From an uncultured Thermoprotei archaeon (GTDB lineage Archaea; Thermoproteota; Thermoprotei; Thermofilales; B15-G2), in NCBI GenBank assembly GCA_965367815.1, contig CBDUKN010000012.1:1-64000 (forward strand): 64,000 nt of DNA. The letters are read 5' to 3'. Made by a program: the position numbers and the translations under genes. Below the pieces are notes generated by a model. That model made no database searches. It worked only from the letters and a program-made list of their open reading frames with translations, and had not been told where the DNA came from. Below are positions 38,780-49,804 of this stretch, in pieces. Within the stretch, counting starts at the first letter, position 1; each line of letters opens with the position of its first letter.

Positions 38780-39035
38780 TTCTCTAGTAATAGTTTACAT
38801 TAAGGCGACTTATATTTTTACCGTTTACATAGATTTAATAAATTTCCTATTTAAAGTATTTAATAGTTATTGATAACATACTGTAGTGTAGATTATTAGT
38901 ATTTAATATGAAATTAAGTACTTTTTAGCGCAGTACACATAAAATAACTAAAAGCTACTTGTTTCACATAATATTGAATATAGTTGAAGGTAAATAGTTT
39001 TAGTTTATTACATCAAATTACTATATGGGATTCAT

Positions 39036-40505
39036 TTGAAATATTTAGTCGGAGCTGATCTAGGAACTAGCGGTGTGAAACTTTACGTTACCGATTACGA
39101 GGGGCGAGTAGTTACTGTAGTTCGAGAGAAATATGGGCTCATTTTCCGAGGCCCGGGCATAGTTGAGCAGAATCCGGAAGACTGGTGGAATGCCTTCAGT
39201 AAGTGTTTAAGGGAAGTAGCCGAAAAATACAAAGTATCTGCTATAGCTCTATCTAGTCAAGCAAATACTCTGCTTCTACTAGATGAAAAAGGCCGTATTT
39301 TATCAAATGCTATTTCCTGGCTTGATCAACGGAGCTTTAAGGAAGTAAACGAACTAATTGAGGCCTTTGGATTGAAGTATCTTCACCAAAGGACAGGAAT
39401 GATACCTAATCCTGGTTTTACTGCACCTAAGTTACTTTGGCTAAAGAAAAATAAGAAAGATTTACTGTCAAGAACAAAGAAAATACTTTTTTCTCCCCAA
39501 AGCTATATAGCATACAAGCTTACCGGCAAAATTGCTGTAGATAGGAGCTTAGCTTCATTTAGTATGCTTTACGATATAAGGAAAGAAGACTGGTTTTCTG
39601 AGTTAGTAGAATTTACTGGAGTTGAAGCAGACTTGTTGCCTACAATTCATTACTCTTATGAAATAGTGGGACATATTAGGAGCGAGATTGCACCTAAACT
39701 AAGGTTAAGCACAAAGATCCCAGTAATTATCGGAGCACATGATCAATGCTGCGCTGCGCTAGGTGCGGGAGTATATTGTCAGGGGCCAGTCATAGACTCG
39801 ACTGGAACAGCTGGAGTAATACTTTATGTTGCAGAAAAACTCCCTAAAGAAATTCCAGTGAGCCTTCTCGTATATCATTACGTATTTCCAGGTAAGTGGA
39901 CATTACTTGGGACTCTCTCGGCTTCAGGAGCTCTAATAGACTGGCTTATAGAATTCACCGGGAGGAAGCTTTCCCACGAGGAATTTGAACGTGAAGCAGA
40001 GAAAGTGCCCGCCGGGTCTAATGGAGTACGCGTAGTACCTTATTTCTCGGGCTCATTTAGGCCCGGTGTACCACCAGACGCTAGAGGCGCTATACTAGGT
40101 CTTATGCTGTTCCACAAGCCTCATCATGTTTATAGAGCCATAATGGAGGCCATAGCTTTTGAGCTAAAGTACTATTTGGAAACTATCAAAAATCTAGGTT
40201 ATCCTCTCTCTAAAGTCATAGCCGTAGGCGGAGGCGCTAAAAGCCGTTTGTGGAGAAAAATTAAAGCAAATGTATTTGAGCTACCTGTACTTAAGCCTAA
40301 GATAACAGATACTGCTCCTCTTGGAGCATGTATTTTAGCTGGTATAGGCTCAGGAGCATTCAAGAACATTGAAGACGCCATGAGAATAGTCTCAATTGAA
40401 GAAGAAGTCAAACCAAATAAAGAACTTATCATTATCTATAGAAAGCTTTACAAAAATTACTTAGATTTATCTAAGAAAATATGCTTAGAGCAATATGAAG
40501 TCTAG
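39036..40505 (+). CDS. FGGY-family carbohydrate kinase (xylulokinase-like)
   Basis: GADLGTSGVK, WLDQR, GAHDQ, GGGAKS. Confidence 0.92.
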   Translation: MKYLVGADLGTSGVKLYVTDYEGRVVTVVREKYGLIFRGPGIVEQNPEDWWNAFSKCLREVAEKYKVSAIALSSQANTLLLLDEKGRILSNAISWLDQRSFKEVNELIEAFGLKYLHQRTGMIPNPGFTAPKLLWLKKNKKDLLSRTKKILFSPQSYIAYKLTGKIAVDRSLASFSMLYDIRKEDWFSELVEFTGVEADLLPTIHYSYEIVGHIRSEIAPKLRLSTKIPVIIGAHDQCCAALGAGVYCQGPVIDSTGTAGVILYVAEKLPKEIPVSLLVYHYVFPGKWTLLGTLSASGALIDWLIEFTGRKLSHEEFEREAEKVPAGSNGVRVVPYFSGSFRPGVPPDARGAILGLMLFHKPHHVYRAIMEAIAFELKYYLETIKNLGYPLSKVIAVGGGAKSRLWRKIKANVFELPVLKPKITDTAPLGACILAGIGSGAFKNIEDAMRIVSIEEEVKPNKELIIIYRKLYKNYLDLSKKICLEQYEV

Positions 40506-41821
40506 GTCTCAATATACTTTAATTCAAGAATTCTCGCAAGTATCTTGAGATATTTTCTCAAGTCTCCGTAGGCTAAAGCATAGTGCTGACTCATAACGTT
40601 CTCTATAAAAGCCTCGACATCTCCTTTGAGCTCTACTTCAGCTGCAGGAAATAGCCTTTGCCTCAGCTCAGTCTCCACTACTTCACCTAACGCGACATGG
40701 AGCCTGTACTCCCCTGCAACAAGCCCTATTCTAGCTAAAGTTACTTCACCTTTCTTGAGAACTATGCCGCTTCTGAGACCTTTGAAAAAGTACTTGTGCC
40801 TGCCTATACCCATTGTTTTCTCAGCCGAAAGCGTTAGTGGAGCAAATCCACAGCTGGATAAATAGACCTTGTTTCCTCTAATGTCTACTAAGTCTCCATA
40901 ATAAATAGGCTGATTTGTCAAGTAATGTAACATAAGCATAGTAAGTGTCAGCAGAACATCACCTTCACAGGAAGAAACTACTCCCTCGTCAGCTAGCACT
41001 GATAGAGGAACACAAGGTACGAAACCCAAGTCCTTAGAAAATTCGTACTGACACTTGACTGTAATTGAAGATAATTTATATTTTTCAACAAGATTTCTTA
41101 GCGCAATATAGATTTTAGCAGCATTCACTAAATCTTCTTCACTCACATCACTTTCAATAAAGTACTTCTTACGCCAACTATCAGCAACGCTCGATGCTTC
41201 AGTTGCCTTAACTCCACTCATTTCTTTAAAGACTTCAGAAGTATCTATGTGCACTACATCTACTCCAAATACTTTTCTAAGAGAAAATGGATCAAACATT
41301 GCTGTGTACATTCCCATGGAAGCATAGCCTACAAGCCCTATTTTAGCTTCCCTGATTTTTCTAACAGCACTTGAAGCTAAGCAAATAGTGTAGACTTTAT
41401 CAATAGTAGCTGGTTCATTAGGCATGCCTACTACGAAAAACGGTTTAAGCCCAATAGCCTCTAAGCTTGCTTTAAGCACTGAAGCGCCCGGAAGAGACCC
41501 TGTAGACTCTCTTTTACCATTTTCATAGTACATTCTTAGACCCCATACAACTAACGGATAATGAGAAAGCTCCAGTGCCAATGAAACAGCATTTGGAGCC
41601 TCAGTCCACGTAGCCACGAAAAATACAATAGAGTCTGGTCTATACGAAGTAATACTCTTCACTGCTCCTTCTACACAGCTTTTTTCACAGACTTCTTGAC
41701 ACAGCAAAACATTAATGTCTTTTTCTCTAAGCCTACTGACAGCCTCTTTAACGAATCTTTTAGCTACGTCAAACGGGTAATCAGAGTGATAAAGAGGAAC
41801 AAATGCTACTTTAATTCCCAC
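40502..41821 (-). CDS. L-fucose/L-arabinose isomerase family protein
   Basis: TVKCQYE, SCEGD, QHYALAYGD. Confidence 0.8.
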   Translation of the reverse strand: MGIKVAFVPLYHSDYPFDVAKRFVKEAVSRLREKDINVLLCQEVCEKSCVEGAVKSITSYRPDSIVFFVATWTEAPNAVSLALELSHYPLVVWGLRMYYENGKRESTGSLPGASVLKASLEAIGLKPFFVVGMPNEPATIDKVYTICLASSAVRKIREAKIGLVGYASMGMYTAMFDPFSLRKVFGVDVVHIDTSEVFKEMSGVKATEASSVADSWRKKYFIESDVSEEDLVNAAKIYIALRNLVEKYKLSSITVKCQYEFSKDLGFVPCVPLSVLADEGVVSSCEGDVLLTLTMLMLHYLTNQPIYYGDLVDIRGNKVYLSSCGFAPLTLSAEKTMGIGRHKYFFKGLRSGIVLKKGEVTLARIGLVAGEYRLHVALGEVVETELRQRLFPAAEVELKGDVEAFIENVMSQHYALAYGDLRKYLKILARILELKYIET

Positions 41822-41910
41822 GTATGATTTAGCTACTGCACTTATTTAAAACTTTGTAACTGATAAACTATGTACTAAAGTTTTCGAGAAAATAACACTG
41901 AAATACTAGT

Positions 41911-42702
41911 CTACTCGCCTGACTTGAGTATCTCGAGTGCTTCCTCAAAGCTCTTACCGTCCTTGACTATAGCCTTTATAGCCTTCATCATGAGCTCTGG
42001 GCGCTCATGCTGAAACACGTTTCTGCCTATACAGACTCCGGCAGCTCCAGCTTCAATAGCTTTCTCCACCATCTTCAAAACATAATTGGGGCTTTTCTTC
42101 GAGCCGCCCGCTATCACGACGGGTACTGGACACACATCGACAACTTCTTCGAAGGGCTCGGCGTAAATAGTTTTAATTATATCGGCTCCTAGTTCAGCTC
42201 CAACTCTGATAGCTATTTTTACTGCCTCTACTTCTTCACCTAAAGTTTCTGTAGGAAGACACTCGCCTAGTACAGGTACTCCCCAGGCATCGCACACGTC
42301 GACTAGTTCTCCAAAAAACTTTATTGCCTCATTGTAGTTTTCTCCGCCAACGTATAGCGTAAAAGCTACAGCATCGGCTCCGAGCAGTAACGCCTCCTCG
42401 ACACTCGAAATAATTGTTTCAAAAGAAGTTTCTCGAGGCACATAGAGTGCCCCGGAGACTCTTAGTATGAAACCTAGTTTCTTCGCACACTTAGAAAGCT
42501 CGCTGCTATACTTCTTCAAAAGCCCTTTATGCAGAAGAATAGAGTCGGCACCGCACTTGACGCCGAGCTCAATAACTTTCCACGCGTCTTCAACGCCTTT
42601 AATAGGCCCCATGTAGCCTCCATGGTCTATAGGAAAAATAATACTCTTACCGTTCTCCAAATCAAGTACTCTCCCCAATCTTATTCTCTTTCCATAGCTC
42701 AT
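41911..42702 (-). CDS. DhnA/LsrF-type class I aldolase
   Basis: PIDHG, ELGADIIKT, VVIAGG, GRNVFQ. Confidence 0.9.
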   Translation of the reverse strand: MSYGKRIRLGRVLDLENGKSIIFPIDHGGYMGPIKGVEDAWKVIELGVKCGADSILLHKGLLKKYSSELSKCAKKLGFILRVSGALYVPRETSFETIISSVEEALLLGADAVAFTLYVGGENYNEAIKFFGELVDVCDAWGVPVLGECLPTETLGEEVEAVKIAIRVGAELGADIIKTIYAEPFEEVVDVCPVPVVIAGGSKKSPNYVLKMVEKAIEAGAAGVCIGRNVFQHERPELMMKAIKAIVKDGKSFEEALEILKSGE

Positions 42703-42785
42703 TTATTCACCATACTATTAAACATGCTTCAGTACATATAATTAAGCACACTAAGTTATTTTACTGTTCGAAGAACTATCTAAAC

Positions 42786-43595
42786 GTGAAAAAAATACTC
42801 TTATGGGAAATGACTTGGGAAGAAGCCAAAAAACACGTTAAAGAAAACAGCCTAGTAATAGTTCCTGTAGGCTCTTTTGAAGAACATGGGCCACACTTAC
42901 CTCTATCAACAGACTCAATTATCGTAGAAGAAGTAGCCAAGAAAGCCGCAGCAAAACTCTCAGAAGAGATACCTGTAGTCGTAGCACCAACAATATTCTT
43001 CGGCTATGAATCACCTAATGTAAGAAAATACCCGGGAACAATATCGCTTAGAATAGAGACTTTCATTAACCTGGTATACGACTACTTATGTAGCCTAATA
43101 GACCATGGGTTTAAAAGAATTCTAGTTATTAACGGCCACGGACAAAACTACGGCGCTCTGAGAGTAGCCTTAAGAAAAATATACGAAGACAAAGGAGCCC
43201 CAGTAGCACTAATACCCCTGTGTCTTTCACTAGCTAAACCAGTAGCCGAAAAATATAGGAAGTCCAAGTTAGGTGGAATAATGCACGCAGGCGAACTCGA
43301 AACATCGCTAATGCTCGTACTGAGAGAAAACCTCGTTGATTTAAGTAAGGCAGTAAAAGAAATATCTAAACCGCCTTCAACAATACTTACGGCAGACCTC
43401 ACAGCCCCAGGTAAAATATTCTTAACTACTTGGAGCTACTGGAAAACAAGAAAAGGAGCACTAGGAGACCCAACTAAAGCAACAAAAATATTTGGCGAAA
43501 AAGCCTTAGAGAAAATCGTCGAAGAAATATACATAATAGCTAAAGAACTATACACTAAAGTATTCCCAACAATAGAGGGAAACCTTAAACATTAG
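42786..43595 (+). CDS. Creatininase/amidohydrolase family
   Basis: PVGSFEEHGPHLPLSTD, NGHGQN, HAGELETS, GDP. Confidence 0.92.
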   Translation: MKKILLWEMTWEEAKKHVKENSLVIVPVGSFEEHGPHLPLSTDSIIVEEVAKKAAAKLSEEIPVVVAPTIFFGYESPNVRKYPGTISLRIETFINLVYDYLCSLIDHGFKRILVINGHGQNYGALRVALRKIYEDKGAPVALIPLCLSLAKPVAEKYRKSKLGGIMHAGELETSLMLVLRENLVDLSKAVKEISKPPSTILTADLTAPGKIFLTTWSYWKTRKGALGDPTKATKIFGEKALEKIVEEIYIIAKELYTKVFPTIEGNLKH

Positions 43596-43670
43596 TAAAC
43601 TAGTTTCCGACGAGTTATAGTAGTTCTTTCTAGCTCCTCGAAGCTTTTTCTAAAACTTAGATTAAAGTCG

Positions 43671-44102
43671 GTGTTCAAAAAGAGTATATTAATTATTAGT
43701 ATTTTTCTTAAAAATATGGCTTCTTGTGACAATCTTTTAGCGTTATCTCAAATACTAGCTTACTCTATGTATAAGCTGAGCTCTAGCTCAATTAAAATAG
43801 CTATAATAGGTTCCTTGAACAAAAAGATCTCAGCTAAATTAACTAAAGTACTACAAGATATTAAAGTTAAAGCAGAAGTTTGCTTACATTTTAATGAGGG
43901 TAATTTAAAGGATATTGACATTATTTATCTAGATTACTCAGACGCTGGTCTACTCCTAAAGAAGTTATCCAATACTGGTCAGGTAAATCGATCGCAGTTC
44001 TCTGCAATGCTTTTTCTAAAATTTATACCAGATCCTACTGTACTCAAAAATATTAGTGGTAGCAGATATGCTAAAGCTATTTGCCTCTCAACTACGGTAT
44101 AG
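43671..44102 (+). CDS. Doubtful hypothetical ORF or gene remnant
   Basis: 143-codon ORF with no motif, next to a pseudogene. Confidence 0.25.
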   Translation: MFKKSILIISIFLKNMASCDNLLALSQILAYSMYKLSSSSIKIAIIGSLNKKISAKLTKVLQDIKVKAEVCLHFNEGNLKDIDIIYLDYSDAGLLLKKLSNTGQVNRSQFSAMLFLKFIPDPTVLKNISGSRYAKAICLSTTV

Positions 44103-44169
44103 TATTGTTGTCTAAGAAAACTTACGATAAAGAATTTTTGAATAAACAGTTGAAGTTTATCGTGAATCA

Positions 44170-44690
44170 TTTATTCAGGGACTAAAAACAGTTCACTATA
44201 ATACGGCTTATTTCCTTTATATTCTATGTCGAAGTGTTGTCGGAAAAGCCCAAACAGAGTTATTGTTGAAGTAGGTACTGGTAGAGATTTTTCGACAATA
44301 TAGTTAGCTAAGGCTGCTAAAAACATTGGAGGAAAGATATATTCTTTTGGCATTAAGTCTGATATAATTGAATAGCTAAAAGAATTTTAAAGGACCTCGA
44401 ACTCAGTAGCGTATGTGAAATTACCTGTAGTGGCGCTAAAAGGTATTCAATTAAAGAAGATATAACACTTCTGTTTATCGACGGTCTTAAAGAAGAATAC
44501 TTTGATTACCTCAAGTTTTTGAAGATAAGCTAATTGAAGGCTCGCTAGTCTTAGCTCATAACACTATATCTCATTCCTATAAAATGACAAATTACATCAA
44601 GGAAGTCTATAGTAAATTTTGTCACTTACAACCATGACTAATCCAAGAGGTATTACTTTAAGCACTAAATTAGTGAAAATAGCTAGCTAA
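44170..44690 (+). pseudogene. Class I SAM O-methyltransferase pseudogene
   Basis: Fragments VIVEVGTGRDFSTI*LAKAA, LLFIDGLKEEYFDYL and LVLAHNTISH with stops and frameshifts. Confidence 0.8.
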
Positions 44691-44734
44691 CACTTTTATA
44701 ACTGTATATTAGATTTCTATATAGGTATGATATT

Positions 44735-45112
44735 ATGTGTAACATAGAGACATTTAATCACAGTCACCATAATCCTAGACGTACAGTCTCAGATCACCCT
44801 TTAAGAGGACTACTTAGTCTAGCTATTATGTGTCTAATTAAACAGAAGCCTACTTACGGGAGCGAAATATACCAGAATCTTAAAGAAAAATTCGGAATAA
44901 ATGCTCCTCGTCCCCTAATATATACTCTGCTTAGGAGACTTGAAAGAAACGGCTTCATTACATCTACTTGGGAAATGCCTGAAAGCGGCCCTGCTAGAAG
45001 AATCTATAGAATAACAGAAGAAGGCTTGGATGTATTAAAAGACTCTGCTGTTAAACTGAAAAAAGTTATACCGCTTATAGAAAAAATAATAAAAGCTATT
45101 GAAGAAGAATAA
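44735..45112 (+). CDS. PadR-family transcriptional regulator
   Basis: YGSEI...IYTLLRRLERNGFI..W...GPARRIYRITEEG. Confidence 0.92.
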   Translation: MCNIETFNHSHHNPRRTVSDHPLRGLLSLAIMCLIKQKPTYGSEIYQNLKEKFGINAPRPLIYTLLRRLERNGFITSTWEMPESGPARRIYRITEEGLDVLKDSAVKLKKVIPLIEKIIKAIEEE

Positions 45113-45163
45113 TTTAAATAAAAACTATAATTTCATTATTAATTTGCATGCTGTTACTTCCGT

Positions 45164-45499
45164 TTAATACTCCTGTGGTGGAGGAAGATACTGCGGTGCT
45201 GGCGGAGACATCGTAGTGGTCTGATAGTATCCTATTCTTCCTAACTCGTCTACTGACACTTTTATTAAAGACGCTATTGAACCTAAGCCCATTATAATCA
45301 GCGACACAATTACAGTTATTACTCCTACTATGAAAGCTAATCCTCCTAAGCCTTCAGCAATATTGTATAGAAATGGTACGTAAGCTGTCCCCATTAAGCC
45401 TACTCCGATAAAGAGTAGTACTCCTCCTACAATGTACCACAGTATTGAGTATACTATAGCCTTGATCGCTAACACGAATGCTCTTCCCCAACTTATCAT
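45164..45499 (-). CDS. Small two-TM membrane protein with Pro-rich tail
   Basis: Two hydrophobic helices; PPAPQYLPPPQEY. Confidence 0.7.
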   Translation of the reverse strand: MISWGRAFVLAIKAIVYSILWYIVGGVLLFIGVGLMGTAYVPFLYNIAEGLGGLAFIVGVITVIVSLIIMGLGSIASLIKVSVDELGRIGYYQTTTMSPPAPQYLPPPQEY

Positions 45500-45799
45500 T
45501 TAATTCACTCTAATCAGTAAAAGACTAATAAGTATATAAGTTTTTCCTAAATTAAATTAGAGTAATCAATAAAAATAGAAAGTATTCGTTTCTTTAAAAT
45601 AATATATTTTATTTTATATTCAATTAATATACGATTTTTTCTTTCCATAAACTATTATGTTAGAAATAATCAAGTTTAAGTATATTTTAACTAATCTTTA
45701 AGTTAATTAGTGTTTGAGAGAACGTCTTCTTCTTTCTAAAAGTATTAATATGTATCAAACTAGATTACCTATTTATTTTACTTAAGAATAGCTTTTTAT

Positions 45800-47044
45800 G
45801 TGGGGGTACTACGTGATGTCAGAAGTGAGCTCCCCTGCTTAAAAAATCCTATTTCGCTGCTTATAGATGATTGGTCTATAGGTTACGTTGGTGAAGGCAG
45901 AGGAACCATAGAGGACACCAAGTTTGAGAAATGCTACGAGTTTGCCAAAGACTTAGTGAAACTTGGCGCTTTAGGTGTCCGCGGAAAGCTCACTTTATTA
46001 CCTTATGTAACTAAACCTGAAGGCAATACATATCGTGTCTTAGGTAGAATTGATAAAGGCATTGAGGGTATTCCCTCGCAAAAGCTACTCGAAGTTCTTT
46101 CTCTTGTTAAGGGAGAGCTTATGAAATACTTTGATATTACACCAGAGCTGCTCACGCATACTCTAGCTTTAGATATCGAGACTGGCACTTTAATAAATGA
46201 GTCTGAGTGGGAGTGGTCTAATAAACAGGATCTTAAGACTTTAACTAAGTATATTGCGCACGGACTTCAAGTTTTGAGAAATGTAGGTATTGTAGCTAGT
46301 GGCATTACCTGTCCATGTGACTTTGGTAAAGAGGTAGAAGGTATTTTAGCTAAAGCTATTTTAGAAGCAGAAAAAATAGTAAATAATATTACGCTGACAT
46401 GGTATTTTCTCCACATGCAGTCGAGGCGCATTGGCTGGGACGGCTCATCGGTAAATCCGAGACTAATGTACCTCAATGAAGAAAGTAAAGAAGCTGTTGT
46501 AAGCATAATTAGCGGCTCAGCAGAATACATTAACCAGAAGACTATAGACTCTGTAGGTCCTGACCCCGAGCGGCTAGCTGACCAATGGATTACAGCAGAC
46601 GGTGAAAAAGGGCGGCTAGCTGAACTACTTAAAAATAAAGCATATATTATTTTCCATATTCATTGGTATAATTCTCATGGTAGAGACGATAAAGTAGGCT
46701 TCTTTGCTCTAAAGGAACTTGCTTCAAGAATAAGAGACCTGTGGGCAAATAAAGTTATCTGGATGAAATGTAGCGAGCTAGCTAGATACTTTACAGCGAG
46801 TAAAACTTGGAAAGCTGAAGTTGCAGGAAGTCGAATAATTTTGTCTAGTCCCTTCCACTGTCCTCTTTTCACTATAAGCTTTGCTGTAGATAGAGAAGTG
46901 AAATATATTAAGGTCAATGGAAAGAAACTTAAAAAGAAGGAAAAGCCTCCTTTAGAGAAGTGTTCATGGACTGCTATGGGAGATAGAGTTTACTTATGCT
47001 TCAATTTGACTGAGAGGACAATAGTAGATATAACATTCAAGTAA
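45800..47044 (+). CDS. Hypothetical protein, possibly polysaccharide-deacetylase-like fold
   Basis: SLLIDD, DITPELLTHT, GITCP, HIHW. Confidence 0.55.
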   Translation: MGVLRDVRSELPCLKNPISLLIDDWSIGYVGEGRGTIEDTKFEKCYEFAKDLVKLGALGVRGKLTLLPYVTKPEGNTYRVLGRIDKGIEGIPSQKLLEVLSLVKGELMKYFDITPELLTHTLALDIETGTLINESEWEWSNKQDLKTLTKYIAHGLQVLRNVGIVASGITCPCDFGKEVEGILAKAILEAEKIVNNITLTWYFLHMQSRRIGWDGSSVNPRLMYLNEESKEAVVSIISGSAEYINQKTIDSVGPDPERLADQWITADGEKGRLAELLKNKAYIIFHIHWYNSHGRDDKVGFFALKELASRIRDLWANKVIWMKCSELARYFTASKTWKAEVAGSRIILSSPFHCPLFTISFAVDREVKYIKVNGKKLKKKEKPPLEKCSWTAMGDRVYLCFNLTERTIVDITFK

Positions 47045-47116
47045 GTATTATAATATATCTTAGTACTTAAACATAGACATTACAATAAGTCAAAGTTTGC
47101 AAAAGATTAATATAAT

Positions 47117-47887
47117 CTACTCTAGGCTTATTCTCGCTAACAGTCCTGCGTGGTCTGACGGATATATTCCTTGTGTGTTTGCTTTATTGCAAATAACTTT
47201 ACAGTCTAGTATTTTAAGTCGAGGATCTACGAAAATATAGTCTATCCGCAGAGATGATTCAGGAAGCTTAAAAGTATACCCTTTCTCACTTGACCTTGCT
47301 TCTTCCCACGCGTCTTTAAAACTCAGTTTTATTTCATTTATTTCTTTTAGTCCTTTCATAAACTGTATTACTGGTTCATGAGGCTCTTCATTGAAATCTC
47401 CTACTATAATGGTAGGTAGTTCTTTTCCATACTTCTTGATGAAACTCGCTAGCTCTTTAGCTTCGATAAGTCTGTCTGGCGGGTACGTGGACAAATGTAC
47501 TGTCACAAAGAATATTTTCTTTCCTTGTACTTCAATAACTGCTCCTAGAATTGGTCTAGGATGAGGATTTACTTCCGCGCTGTAAGTTAGATCTTCTTCA
47601 CTTACTTCTAGCACAGGATACTTGCTTAAAATAGCTAAACCTGCTTTAACTTTCTCTGCTCCAGGAGGCCTTCTTAAGCAGCACACAGCTCTATATTCAG
47701 GAAGAATGTGCGCGAGCTGCTCTGCTTGATTTCTGCCTTCTTCGTCTAGCTCAGGGTCACTTGTTACCTCCTGTAAGCCAATAATGTCAGGAGAATACTT
47801 TTTAATTTCATTTAGAATGAGTTCTCTTCTAGTTTTCCATGGAGAAGAATACCCCCAGATATTTAGTGTCATTACTTTAATTTCCAC
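47117..47887 (-). CDS. Endonuclease/exonuclease/phosphatase family
   Basis: TLNI, LQEV, GDFN, RIDYIF, SDH. Confidence 0.92.
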   Translation of the reverse strand: MEIKVMTLNIWGYSSPWKTRRELILNEIKKYSPDIIGLQEVTSDPELDEEGRNQAEQLAHILPEYRAVCCLRRPPGAEKVKAGLAILSKYPVLEVSEEDLTYSAEVNPHPRPILGAVIEVQGKKIFFVTVHLSTYPPDRLIEAKELASFIKKYGKELPTIIVGDFNEEPHEPVIQFMKGLKEINEIKLSFKDAWEEARSSEKGYTFKLPESSLRIDYIFVDPRLKILDCKVICNKANTQGIYPSDHAGLLARISLE

Positions 47888-47917
47888 AATAGTTTTTAAT
47901 AAAGACAGTATAAATGA

Positions 47918-48679
47918 CTATGTTTGCCGAGGCTTGTACACTATCCACTCTAGTCGTCTTACTCCAGCCTCAATTAAGTCTAGTAAATTAAGCTCCTTAA
48001 CTCTCTTTGTACTCCTACTAGTTAACACAAGTAGTATACTGAATCCTATTTTCTCGAGCATTGTCTTAAGCACTTGAGGAGGATAGATAGTGAGTCTCAG
48101 CTTAAGCTCATCTACTTTAACTAAATTCTCGTCTACTTTTTTGTACAGTACTGCATAGTGGTCGAGAACATAGTCACTTACTTTCTTAACTTCTTCTAAC
48201 TCAAAATAATTGTCATTATGCTTAATGATATGAACACCTTCTCTGAACTTTATTGGATAATCTAATATAAATATTCCATAGGGTTTTAAAGCATTATAAA
48301 TGTTTAATAAAACTCTTTGGTTTTCTTCATGTGAAAAATATCCAAATGAAGTATACCAAGAGACCACTACATCAAATTCTTCGACATAATCCACTTCTCT
48401 CATGTCTTTAACCACATAGTACTCCTTAAATCCCCTGTTCCTCTTTTTGGCTAACTCAATGAGCTCTTTAGACACATCAACACCATATACCTCGAAGCCT
48501 TCTTCTCGCCAATACTTGTGATGGCGTCCTATGCCGCACGCTAAGTCGAGTATTTTCTTGTATTTTACGCCAAGCTTCTTTTCAGCTAATTTTATGAGAA
48601 AAAGCACATAGTGAGCTTCAATAAAATTGGCTTCTTCAGGATAATCTATATGCTATAAGTATACTTTACTTTCATTCAT
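47918..48679 (-). CDS. Class I SAM methyltransferase; the probable true start ATG 48679 is followed by an in-frame TAG at codon 9
   Basis: ILDLACGIGRH, GVDVS, DMRE, TSFGYF; upstream MNESKVYL*HIDYPEEANFIEAHYV. Confidence 0.75.
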
Positions 48680-48820
48680 AAAAATCAAATACTGCTATTT
48701 TAATATAAATTTTTGAAGAACTATATGTACTTAAGCTCTATAGGCACTTTTCTAGGCTTAAAGCTAATAATATTGCGGTCTACAATATTAGTTTACGCAT
48801 ATATTAAATAGCCAATAATT

Positions 48821-49600
48821 TTATCTTTTTATTTTAAGTATATAGCTTGGCTGAGCCCCTCTTCCCTCTACTACTATTTTATTTGGTGTTACTGTTATTC
48901 TAGCATAAGATCCTGTAATTTTGTCGAGTTCCCACCAGCCCATACTATGTAAGCATATGTGGTGTGTTCCGTTTTCTTCGCGGTATCCGCCGTAGTGTGC
49001 GTCTCCGCTGAAAGTAGCTACTAGCCTATAGTCTCTAAATAATTCGAGTAATTCATCTTCATTGTCTATTCTAGGTTCATTACAGAAAATCGCTATAGGG
49101 TAGTGACAAAAAACTACTATTGGTTTGTTTCTAGGTACTTTCTCCAAGTCTCCTTGAAGCCAGTCTAATTCTTGGCTCGGTATGTGCCCTGTAGGACCGC
49201 CGCTATTAGTATTAGGGCCCCATGCTGCATCAAGGAATATTATGTGGAGAAACTTTACGTCTATTGATTTCCACCAATAATTTATTCCTATTATACTAGT
49301 GTATTCTTCTCTAGTAAACGCGTCTAGATCATGGTTTCCAAAAACGTAGTATCTTGGAGCTTTGCACTGAGAATATACTTCATTTATTTCCTTTAATGCT
49401 TTCAAAGCTTCTGGCTTCTTGCAGCCAATAAAGTCTCCGAGCTCTACTACAATATCTGGGTTAAAGTCGCTATTCATGTCTTCTATAAACTTTCTGAGCC
49501 ACTTTCTGATATCGAGAGGCCCCTGATGAACATCTGCAACAGCTCCTATTTTAACACAACTACCCCCACTTACCATACTATGGACTTCACTCAAACACAC
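48821..49600 (-). CDS. Calcineurin-like metallophosphoesterase
   Basis: DVH, GDF, GNHD, HYP, GDAH. Confidence 0.88.
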   Translation of the reverse strand: MCLSEVHSMVSGGSCVKIGAVADVHQGPLDIRKWLRKFIEDMNSDFNPDIVVELGDFIGCKKPEALKALKEINEVYSQCKAPRYYVFGNHDLDAFTREEYTSIIGINYWWKSIDVKFLHIIFLDAAWGPNTNSGGPTGHIPSQELDWLQGDLEKVPRNKPIVVFCHYPIAIFCNEPRIDNEDELLELFRDYRLVATFSGDAHYGGYREENGTHHICLHSMGWWELDKITGSYARITVTPNKIVVEGRGAQPSYILKIKR

Positions 49601-49804
49601 TTTAACACATTATCCTCTATAACTAAAGATTTAAAATACATTCGCTTTCCAGTGAAGCTAAGTGTCGTTAATACTTGAATATGTTATATGTAAAGATTAG
49701 TAGTAGATTAAGTATAAATGCTTAAAACTTCTTGAAGAAAACATGGCTCTGAAGGTAATGATAGAGCTAAATCTTTGCCGAGTAGACTGAATTAAGGTAG
49801 CTGC

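Noticed and set aside
23552-48655. Stop-codon reassignment (TAA=Gln) or pyrrolysine as the explanation for in-frame stops
   Set aside because: TAA, TAG and TGA all end intact genes at expected family lengths, several affected genes also have frameshifts, and no pyl genes are seen.
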